The translations under genes were made by a program, and so were the position numbers. The notes beneath the pieces were generated by a model. It had not been told where the DNA came from. It saw only the letters and a program-made list of their open reading frames with translations, and searched no databases. Source: Candidatus Omnitrophota bacterium (GTDB lineage: Bacteria > Omnitrophota > Gorgyraeia > Gygaellales > Profunditerraquicolaceae). Taken from it: a stretch of 64,000 bases of DNA. Positions 49,037-57,239 of the stretch are shown here, one piece after another (within the stretch, counting starts at the first letter, position 1; every line of letters begins with the position of its first letter). Where the stretch lies: assembly GCA_016208765.1 (NCBI GenBank), contig JACQXK010000001.1, forward strand, positions 218 to 64,217, in the 5' to 3' direction.

Positions 49037-49099
49037 ACCACCTACATCGGCTCCCTCTACGAAGTCAACTCTGACGGCACCACTACTAAACACATCTTC
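49037..49099 (+). pseudogene. Orphan 63-bp rhs core fragment
   Basis: 58/63 identical to 46005-46067; encodes TTYIGSLYEVNSDGTTTKHIF in a short stop-bounded frame. Confidence 0.85.
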
Positions 49100-49189
49100 A
49101 GAAACCAAGACGCTTTCCATAACCATTTGTAACTTAATTACTCCCACAACAAATCCTTTGGTCGGAATTAGATAAGGATTAAAATTAAT

Positions 49190-49246
49190 TTGACAACAAG
49201 TAATTTATAGGTTATAGTTTATATGTGATATAGATTATAACTTATA
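49190..49246 (+). promoter_or_regulatory. Promoter plus inverted-repeat operator of first AbiE-like module
   Basis: TTGACA (49190)-17 bp-TATAGT (49213); 19-bp IR arms 49206-49224 / 49228-49246 (16/19 match). Confidence 0.65.
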
Positions 49247-49255
49247 TTAAATGAC

Positions 49256-49969
49256 ATGGATAAAAAATTACGAAAGATTCAATTAGAAGTTTTAAGGTTA
49301 TTCTCAAATAAGGCAAAGAAGTTTGCTCTTTCTGGGGGTACTGCGCTTGAGCTATGTTATTTGCACCATCGTTTTTCCTCTGATTTGGATTTCTTCTCTC
49401 CGAAATATGACATTAAGGAAATTGAAAACCTGATTGCTTTTTTTGAAGAGAAGCTTAAAACAAAAATTAAACTTGAAGCAGATTTTGCCATTGCTGAAAA
49501 AGCCAGGGTGAGGTTTTACACCGTGTAATTAAAAGGACAGAAGAGGCCGCTGAAGCCTGATTTTGGTGAAGATGTTTTAATAAAAAGCCCTGAAATAAAG
49601 AAAACCGGAGGCATAAGGGCTTATTGCGCTAAGAATATTTATTTTCAGAAGATTGTTGCAATAACAGGAACGCAATTTGAATTTGACCGGATAGGAAGGC
49701 GGGTTTTGCAAGGTAGGCAGGCGGCCAGAGATGTCTATGATATTTATATGCTTTCAAAGAAAATAATGCCTTTGCATTTATTCCTAATAACAATTCCTGA
49801 ACAGTTTCGGCGCGGGATGGTGCATTGGTATAGATCGTTTTCTCGTAATGAACTGAAGTTAGAGTTGCTTGATCTTGACATTTCCGACAAGAATTTTGAT
49901 TCGCAGGAAATGATCCAATATTTGGAAGATGAAATAAAATTGTTTGTGAAAGAAGGAATCAAGAAATGA
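49256..49969 (+). pseudogene. AbiEii/AbiGii-family nucleotidyltransferase toxin with one in-frame stop
   Basis: LSGGTAL...HRFSSDLDFF, later K..AI...R..ARDVYDI; single TAA at 49526-49528, same frame continues to 49969. Confidence 0.8.
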
Positions 49970-50472
49970 AGATTGAAAAGTATTTTTGGAATCTTAATGA
50001 AACTGCATTAAATGAAACCATGAAAATCATTAAAAAACCATCACATCCTAAATTCGCCTCGGTTATGGTTAATTTTCTTTCAAGGTGCGATAAGCCCAAA
50101 GAGCTATTTTCTGTCCTTTCTAGACGAGAATTTGTTGAAAATTGGCCCCAGATTAGGAGATATTGGGTTAAAGTAGAACTGCAATCCGAGTTTAGAGATT
50201 GGTGGGAAACTATTTTTGAACAGTTGATGGAAGAACGAATGCAAAAACAAGTTAGGCCAAAAGGTACGGCCCCGATTTTCTTAAAGGCAATCGGAGTTCA
50301 AATTAGGAAGGCAAGGCTCGGTAAAAGACTGAGCCAAAAAGATTTGTCTCTTATTATCGGAATAAAACAACCTGAAATATCTAAAATAGAAGACGGAAAG
50401 AAGAATATTACGATTGTTACCTTGGCTAAATTTTGCAAGGTATTGAATATTAGTAAAATAAGCATAGAATAA
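49966..50472 (+). CDS. XRE/HTH_3 domain protein, probable antitoxin or regulator
   Basis: C-terminal IRKAR...LSQKDL...IKQPEISKIEDGKKNITI.TL; overlaps toxin stop (ATGA). Confidence 0.75.
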   Translation: MKIEKYFWNLNETALNETMKIIKKPSHPKFASVMVNFLSRCDKPKELFSVLSRREFVENWPQIRRYWVKVELQSEFRDWWETIFEQLMEERMQKQVRPKGTAPIFLKAIGVQIRKARLGKRLSQKDLSLIIGIKQPEISKIEDGKKNITIVTLAKFCKVLNISKISIE

Positions 50473-50492
50473 AAGAGGTTTTTGTTAATTAA

Positions 50493-51838
50493 ATGGAAAA
50501 ATACGATTACGACGCGATAATTATTGGAGCAGGGATTGGCGGGTTGGTCTGCGGCTGCTATCTGGCTAAGGCCGGCCTTAAGACGCTGATTGTGGAAAAG
50601 AACGCCCAGCCCGGCGGCTACTGTACTTCTTTCACCCGAAATGGATTCAGGTTTGATGCTTGTGCGCATTCGCTGGGGAGCTTGCGGGATGGTGGAATTC
50701 TAAAGGTGATATTGAAGGAATTAGATTTAGAGAATAGAATAGAATTTAAAAGAAGTAATCCTCAGGATACTATCATTACTATTGATGGTAAAATATCTTT
50801 TTGGAATGATTTAGGTAAAACAAAGCAAGAATTTTCTAGTAAATTTACTGATGAAAGAGCTAACATAGATAAGTTCTTTGATTTTATTGTTAATTGTGAT
50901 GCCGTGTCGTTTAATTCACTCAAGAAATCAACATTCTTAGATGTGTTAAACAAATACTTTAATAATGAGAAATTAAAATCAGTTTTATCATTGCCTGTTC
51001 TTGGGAATGCCGGATTGTCTGCTTCTAAAGCTTCAGCTTTTACAGCCATCGCTTTATTCAAAGAGTTTATGTTTGATGGAGGATATTATCCGGGAAGTAG
51101 CATGCAACAGCGTTTGTTAATAAAATAAAATTAAAAGATGACCGTGTTGATGGAGTAGAAATAAATGGCAGATATTTTAAATCTGGAAAGTATATAGTTT
51201 CTGATGTTGATGCAACTCAAACTTTCTTGGATTTGGTAGGTGAGAGGGTAATAGGAAAAGATAGTAAACAGAAATTAGCTTTATTAAAACCAGCTCATTC
51301 TATTCTTGTTTTATATCTTGGTACAGATGGAAAATTAAGCAACATGCCTATTGGTACCAACGTTTGGGCTATGCCTAATTATGATATTGAGAAGATGTAT
51401 TGTCTTGTAGATGATGGTGTAGTTGATGATTTAGATTGTTATTTATTGAGGTTAATGCCTGATAAGAAGAGTATGGTCATGCTTGTTAATGCTCCTTTTA
51501 AAGATAGTGATTTTTGGAGAGAAAACAAACAAAGGCTGATTGATAATTTTATAGAAAAGATTAAATTTGTAATTCCAGATATAAGAGAACGAATTGTATT
51601 TAAAGATGCAGCTACTCCTGCAACACTTTATAGATGGACATTAAACTATCATGGTTCTGCTTATGGTTGGGAAGGCGCTCCATCTCAGTTTCTGGTTAAC
51701 AGTTTTTCTCAGAATACTTTTATTGAAGGTTTGTATTTAACTGGTCATTGGGCAACTTTGGTGCAGGGAATTTCAGGAGTTACAAGATTGGGGAGAGATA
51801 CAGCTAGAATTATTATAAATAAAAGTAGAAGAAAATGA
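50493..51838 (+). pseudogene. Phytoene-desaturase-like FAD oxidoreductase, frameshifted by an internal deletion
   Basis: IIGAGIGGL, EKN..PGGYCTSF.R.GFRFD, GGYYP; frame changes near 51107; second part FVNKIKLKDDRVDGV...TPATLYRWT...GSAYGW...GLYLTGHW. Confidence 0.8.
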
Positions 51839-53928
51839 ATTTATTTGCAATAGCGGGTCTTTCTTGCGCGTTTTTTTGTTTAATACTATCTTTTATAGCT
51901 TTGATATTTGGAAAGGCTAAGATTCATAGGATCTTAGCCTTTTTTAATATTGCTGTTGCTGTGTGGGGGTTTGGTTTGTTTATGGTAGGAATTGCTTTTA
52001 ATGAAAAGCAAGCTATATTTGGTTGGAAATATGCACACATAGGGGGCATGTTTGTTTCAGTTCTTTTCTTTCACCTTGTTTGTTCATTTTGTGAAATAAA
52101 CAGGAGGTCATTATTACTATTTGGGTATTTTCAGGCTTTCGTCTTTAACTGGATTAGTTGGTTCCCCGATAAGTTAATAACTAATACTCGTTATGCGTAT
52201 GGGCTTTATTATAATGACACTACCTTCTTCTTTTTATTAGCAGCTTTATCGTATGTAATCTTAGTAATTGCTAGTTTTATTGAATTATTTAACTTTCTAA
52301 AGAAAGCTATTGGAAATAAGCGTTTGCAGGCAAAATATTTGATATTTAGTTTCTTTGTTGGGTTTTTAGGAGGTACGTCGACTTTCTTGCCTGAATTTAG
52401 AATAGATCTTTTTTATCCAGCAGGAGCTTTTGGTGTCGCTCTTTATGCTATAACTGGAACATATGTTATCCTTCGATATCGTCTTTTAGACTTGAATGTT
52501 GCCTTTACCCGGGCTGGCATATTTGGCGTTGTTTATGCTTTAGTTTTGGGAGTGCCTTTCTGGCTTGGCTATAAATACAACCAATGGCAATATTCTACGT
52601 GGATCATGCTAATCTTGGCTACGTCTGGGCCGTTTATTTACAGTTATTTGCGACGGCATGCAGAAGACATCATCCTTAAAGATCAACGCCGCTATCAGCA
52701 GGCGTTGCGCGAGCTTGCTGAAACCATGACTCACATCCGCTCTTTAGACGCATTGATCCAGATTATTACCACAACCATGGTTAACGCGGTTAAAGTGAAT
52801 TTTGCCGCGATGTATGTTAAGGAAGAAGAGAGCAATTCTTATGTTTTAAAAAGCTGTAATCCTCAGGATGTGCAGGATAAGTTTCCTGAAAATTTAGCCG
52901 TTGATTCAGCGTTTGTAAAATTTATTTCTGCCGAACAAAGGCTTGTAACCTGTGATGAAATTAAACATAAGCCGGATATTCTTTTGGAATGCGGTTTATT
53001 TATTCCGTGTTTTATGGAAAATGACCTTTTGGCATTTATCGCCTTGGGGACAAAACCAAACAGCCAGATGTTTACTACCGACGACATTCTTGTTTTTGAA
53101 ACCGTGTCTTACTCAGCAAGCCTTGCCATTGAGAACTGCCGTTTTTGGAGAGAGATTGAAGATAAACAAAGAAAGGCCCGCCTGCAAGAGATGGATACTT
53201 ATTCTTATTCTCTGGCGCATGAAATTGATAATCCCGTGCACATTATCCTTAATGAAACCACTTTAATTAAAGATTATCTTTTAAAGAATATCACAAATCC
53301 TCAGGAATACAAAGAAGCTGAAAGCGCGTGCGGTTTTACTATTGAGGCTGCCCGCAGAGTGGCTGGGATGGTTAAGGCTATCCGCGATTTTGGTTCGCCG
53401 GTAACCGGAAAGGCGCTGGCTTTAAAAATTGATGATGTTGTGGAGAGTTTTTTCAAGCTTTATTACCCTCAGTTTAAAGATAAGGCGATTGTTTTTGAGA
53501 AAACTTTTTCCGGGGATTTAGGTTTTATCCGCGGGATAAAGCCGGAATTGATGCAGGTATTGGTTATTTTAGCGAATAATTCTATTCATGCCATGCGAGA
53601 GGCTGAGTTAAAGAAGATCACGCTTAAAGTTGAACCGGTAAATCACGACAGGATCAGGATTATTTTCTCGGATACAGGTTATGGGATCAAGAAAGAAAAC
53701 TTAGAAATTATATTTTTGCCCTTTACTACTACCAAGGCCTCAAGTGAAGGCACAGGTATGGGCCTTTATAATGCAAAGAAAATTATTGAACGCCATAAAG
53801 GAAAAATATCTGCGCAATCTGATGGAAAAGGGCAGGGAGCCTGTTTTGTAATTGAGCTTCCCAAGGCGCTGGATGTTACAGAAGAGGAGTTCATAAGAGA
53901 GGGCCAGAAAGAAAAGAGATTGATTTGA
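51835..53928 (+). CDS. Sensor histidine kinase, N-terminal 7TM-type membrane domain plus GAF-like, HisKA and HATPase domains
   Basis: Multiple TM helices ending YVILRYRLLD, H-box AHEIDNP, N-box ANNSIHA, DTGYGI, PFTTTK, GTGMGL. Confidence 0.92.
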   Translation: MNLFAIAGLSCAFFCLILSFIALIFGKAKIHRILAFFNIAVAVWGFGLFMVGIAFNEKQAIFGWKYAHIGGMFVSVLFFHLVCSFCEINRRSLLLFGYFQAFVFNWISWFPDKLITNTRYAYGLYYNDTTFFFLLAALSYVILVIASFIELFNFLKKAIGNKRLQAKYLIFSFFVGFLGGTSTFLPEFRIDLFYPAGAFGVALYAITGTYVILRYRLLDLNVAFTRAGIFGVVYALVLGVPFWLGYKYNQWQYSTWIMLILATSGPFIYSYLRRHAEDIILKDQRRYQQALRELAETMTHIRSLDALIQIITTTMVNAVKVNFAAMYVKEEESNSYVLKSCNPQDVQDKFPENLAVDSAFVKFISAEQRLVTCDEIKHKPDILLECGLFIPCFMENDLLAFIALGTKPNSQMFTTDDILVFETVSYSASLAIENCRFWREIEDKQRKARLQEMDTYSYSLAHEIDNPVHIILNETTLIKDYLLKNITNPQEYKEAESACGFTIEAARRVAGMVKAIRDFGSPVTGKALALKIDDVVESFFKLYYPQFKDKAIVFEKTFSGDLGFIRGIKPELMQVLVILANNSIHAMREAELKKITLKVEPVNHDRIRIIFSDTGYGIKKENLEIIFLPFTTTKASSEGTGMGLYNAKKIIERHKGKISAQSDGKGQGACFVIELPKALDVTEEEFIREGQKEKRLI

Positions 53929-53931
53929 TCC

Positions 53932-54000
53932 TTGACAATCCAAGATTGCAATGTTATACTTATTTCTGTAAGTAATCATTTATGATTACATAGAGAAATA
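53932..54000 (+). promoter_or_regulatory. Promoter and palindromic operator of AbiE module
   Basis: TTGACA (53932)-17 bp-TATACT (53955) with TG extension; GTAATCAT-TT-ATGATTAC (53972-53989) inside TATTTCT / AGAAATA. Confidence 0.72.
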
Positions 54001-54638
54001 TGAACTATACTCAATTTAGGCAAAAGTTTCAGGATGTCCCGCTAATCTTAAGCAAGAGCTTGTCTTTAAGCGGACTCGGGGATAAGCAAATGCAAAATCA
54101 GCTTATCCGTTGGCAGCAAAGGCGCCTCGTGATTAAGCTTAAGCGCGGATTGTATTTATTAAATGAAAGCGACCGTAAAGTTAACCCCAGCCGTTTTTAT
54201 ATCGCCAATCAACTGTATTCTCCTTCTTATGTCAGCCTTGAGTCAGCTTTGAGTTTCTACGAGCTTATCCCAGAGCGTGTTTTTGACATTACAAGTATTG
54301 CCACCAAGAAAACATCACGCTTTAAAAATGAGCTTGGGCTCTTTGTTTATCAACATATCAAGCCTGGTTGTTTTAGGGGATTTAAAGTGATTAAGGAAAA
54401 AGGTTCAGGTGGATTTTTGATTGCAGATCCGGAGAAGGCTTTGGTAGATTTTCTTTACCTGAATAGAAATAAGTTTAAGAGAAATGCAATAGGATTATTT
54501 AGGGATTCTTATCGTTTTCAGAATTTAGAGATTTTAAGCCCAAGAAAAATAAAATTCTTCGCCGGTATTTTTAATAACGATGAACTTGTTAAAGTAGCCG
54601 GAGAATTTTGTGCCTTTTTGCGCCAGGAGAAGGAATAA
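54000..54638 (+). CDS. AbiEi-type antitoxin (type IV TA)
   Basis: LKRGLY, PSYVSLESALSFYELIPE, IADPEKALVDFLY. Confidence 0.85.
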   Translation: MNYTQFRQKFQDVPLILSKSLSLSGLGDKQMQNQLIRWQQRRLVIKLKRGLYLLNESDRKVNPSRFYIANQLYSPSYVSLESALSFYELIPERVFDITSIATKKTSRFKNELGLFVYQHIKPGCFRGFKVIKEKGSGGFLIADPEKALVDFLYLNRNKFKRNAIGLFRDSYRFQNLEILSPRKIKFFAGIFNNDELVKVAGEFCAFLRQEKE

Positions 54639-55441
54639 TGTTGGATATTTTAAAGCAACAGCTTGGTGAAAATTTAGGCCCTGAAGAAAAATTAAACAGG
54701 GCGAGAGAATTTTTGCAGATTATCATCCTGAAGGTTATGTATGACAAGAATATTCTTAATAACCTTGCTTTCGTGGGAGGGACTGCTTTGAGGATACTTT
54801 ATAATTTAAAGCGTTTCTCCGAGGATCTTGATTTTTCGCTCATTAATAAGAAAAAGTATGATTTCAATTCAGTGAGCAGCGAGATAATCAAGGGTTTAAA
54901 ACTTTACGGTTTTGAGGCTGAGCCTGCGGTTAAGGCGGATAAAACCGTGCAATCTTCCATGCTAAAGTTCTCCGGCTTGTTAAAAGAGCTGGGAATATCT
55001 GCCCTTGGAAAACAAAAACTCGCTATTAAGATTGAAGTTGACGCAAACCCTCCGGCAGGGTGGCATATTCAGAATACCGTGGTAAACAAATCGTATATGT
55101 TTAATGTCGTACATTTTGATCTTTCTTCTTTGTATGCTACGAAATTGCATGCCTGTTTTTACAGAAAATTTACCAAAGGAAGAGATTTTTATGATTTTAT
55201 CTGGTATTTATCAAATAAGATAAAGCCGAATTTTACTTTTTTAAATAACGCAATTATACAAACAAGCGGTCATTTTTCAAAAATAAACGAACAAAATTTC
55301 AAAGCATTTTTGCTTGATAAAATCAGCGGAGTAGATTTTAATGCTGCAAGAAGAGATGTAGGGCGTTTTCTGGAAGATAAAGAAGAGCTAAAGCTGATTG
55401 ATTTAAAAATAATCCGTCAGGCCATAGAATCAGCGATATAA
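54638..55441 (+). CDS. AbiEii-type nucleotidyltransferase toxin
   Basis: FVGGTALR..Y.L.RFSEDLDFS, KIEVD, KLHA, KGRDFYD; ATG overlaps antitoxin stop (TAATG). Confidence 0.87.
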   Translation: MLDILKQQLGENLGPEEKLNRAREFLQIIILKVMYDKNILNNLAFVGGTALRILYNLKRFSEDLDFSLINKKKYDFNSVSSEIIKGLKLYGFEAEPAVKADKTVQSSMLKFSGLLKELGISALGKQKLAIKIEVDANPPAGWHIQNTVVNKSYMFNVVHFDLSSLYATKLHACFYRKFTKGRDFYDFIWYLSNKIKPNFTFLNNAIIQTSGHFSKINEQNFKAFLLDKISGVDFNAARRDVGRFLEDKEELKLIDLKIIRQAIESAI

Positions 55442-55459
55442 TTAATCGGAGGTAACAAG

Positions 55460-55852
55460 ATGAGCGATACAGCTTTAAAATTACTGGTGGTTGATGATGA
55501 GGAAGGTATAGTTGATTTTACTACAAGGATATATACCCGCAAGGGTTTTATTACCTTTGGGGCTACCGACGGGATAAAGGCGGTGGAGATATTTGAGAAA
55601 GAAAGACCCGATATCAGCCTAATTGACGTGCATATGCCTTATTCGCCGATTGACGGGATTGAGACTTTGAAGCGGATCAAAAATATTGATAAGAATGCGA
55701 TTTGTATTATGGTTACTCGTATTACCGAGCAGGATACAGTAGATGTTGCGCGCGGGTTTGGCGCAGATGCCTATGTGCTTAAGCCTCTTGAAATGGAAGA
55801 CTTGGACAAAGTAATTTCAGATGTAATTAAAAAGGTCCAGGAGGCTAAATAA
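55460..55852 (+). CDS. Stand-alone response regulator receiver
   Basis: LVVDDE, LIDVHMP (phospho-Asp), MVT, YVLKP. Confidence 0.92.
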   Translation: MSDTALKLLVVDDEEGIVDFTTRIYTRKGFITFGATDGIKAVEIFEKERPDISLIDVHMPYSPIDGIETLKRIKNIDKNAICIMVTRITEQDTVDVARGFGADAYVLKPLEMEDLDKVISDVIKKVQEAK

Positions 55853-56644
55853 ATGGCCAATCCGCTTCCTGATGAAAAAGAGCTATATAAAAGAATTTAC
55901 AGAGAACGTATTTCTATGGATCCGCAGGTGTGGGATCTTTTGTACAATCGGGTTGGCGATGATATTACTACAATCAATCTTTTGTGCCAATTGCATCTGT
56001 GTGATTGTCAGCCGATCCCTGTGCAGGAGGCAAGAAAAATCCTTACTTACACCCGCCATATTAAAGAGCTGCTTTCTCGCATTACAAATATTTATGACGA
56101 TAATAAGAAAGTTTTTCCTGTGTTTGTCGGAACAGTTCCGCTGCATCCGGTTTTGCGAGAAATGTTTACCCATTATATAGGAAATGATGTTTATATGATC
56201 AATCTGATCGTTGAAGACGCCACTGATCCTATGCAGCCTGAACCGCTTTCTGTTGCCTCTACCCAGAAAATCCTTAATCATACTCGGAGTATCCGCGATT
56301 TTATGGATAAGCTCAGGCAGGCTACAATGCCGGGAGGAGATTATTCCTTTGAAGATGACCAGCAGGAGAAAAAAGAAAAACCAGGACTTGAATTAGAATT
56401 AACTAAAGAAGCTGTGCTTGCGCGTATTCGCAAGCTTTTTGCCCAGGAATTTAAATTTCCAGAAGAGAATATCCAAATGGAAACTCATTTTGCAAATAAT
56501 TTACAGCTTGATTCAGTTGACGCGATACGGGTGGTAATGATTCTTGAGGAAGGCTTTGGTTTTGAAATTCCCGACGATGATTATGAGGGGGTCGTTACGG
56601 TTGGCCAGGCAGTGGATTATGTGTTAAAAAGATTAAAAGGATAG
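55853..56644 (+). CDS. Uncharacterised duplicated helical domain fused to C-terminal acyl carrier domain
   Basis: C-terminal LQLDSVD...MILEEGFGFEIPDDDYE.V.TVGQAVDYV is AcpP-like; N-terminal part has two similar ~60-aa units. Confidence 0.8.
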   Translation: MANPLPDEKELYKRIYRERISMDPQVWDLLYNRVGDDITTINLLCQLHLCDCQPIPVQEARKILTYTRHIKELLSRITNIYDDNKKVFPVFVGTVPLHPVLREMFTHYIGNDVYMINLIVEDATDPMQPEPLSVASTQKILNHTRSIRDFMDKLRQATMPGGDYSFEDDQQEKKEKPGLELELTKEAVLARIRKLFAQEFKFPEENIQMETHFANNLQLDSVDAIRVVMILEEGFGFEIPDDDYEGVVTVGQAVDYVLKRLKG

Positions 56645-56663
56645 ATAAAAAGGACTAATAAAA

Positions 56664-57236
56664 ATGGAAAAAGAAAACTTAACTGAATTAAAGCAAAAAT
56701 TACACGCGCTTTTAAACAAGGAAGCCTTAAAAAGAGGAAAATTCATTTTATCAAGCGGCAAAGAAAGTAATTATTATCTTGATGGAAGGGTAATTACTCT
56801 AACTCCGGAAGGCGCATATTTGGTCGGAAGTATTATTTTAGAAATGACTAATCAGGATAAACTGGATGCAATCGGCGGCCCGACGCTGGGAGCAGACCCG
56901 ATTGTAGGTTCAATTGCCTGCCTGGCTCATTTAAAGAATATTCCTCTTAAAACATTTATTGTGCGTAAAGCTGCTAAAGAGCATGGTACTCAGCGTCAGG
57001 TTGAAGGGCCTGCTTTAAAAGAAAAAGCCCGCGTAGTTTTGGTTGATGATGTGGCTACTACTGGCAAAGCCTTGATTGAGGCCAAACAGGCGCTTGATAA
57101 AATTGGCGTTATAGCAGAGAAAGCGATTGTGATTGTTGATCGTAATGAAGGCGGCGCAGAGAACTTAGCCAAAGCCGGCCTTAAGTTAGAATCAATCTTT
57201 AAAATAGAAGACTTTGGATTATCTGCTGTAAAATAA
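56664..57236 (+). CDS. pyrE: Orotate phosphoribosyltransferase
   Basis: F.LSSGKES.YY.D, GGPTLGADP, VRK..KEHG, VDDVATTG. Confidence 0.93.
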   Translation: MEKENLTELKQKLHALLNKEALKRGKFILSSGKESNYYLDGRVITLTPEGAYLVGSIILEMTNQDKLDAIGGPTLGADPIVGSIACLAHLKNIPLKTFIVRKAAKEHGTQRQVEGPALKEKARVVLVDDVATTGKALIEAKQALDKIGVIAEKAIVIVDRNEGGAENLAKAGLKLESIFKIEDFGLSAVK

Positions 57237-57239
57237 CCA

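Noticed and set aside
46005-49099. Diversity-generating retroelement TR/VR pair suggested by the 63-bp near-repeat
   Set aside because: Mismatches are mostly third-position T/C changes rather than adenine-specific on the coding strand, and no reverse transcriptase is in the window.
48899-49175. Short ORFs 48936-49175 (+) and 48899-49147 (-)
   Set aside because: No recognisable motif; they overlap the rhs scar, whose meaningful frame is different.
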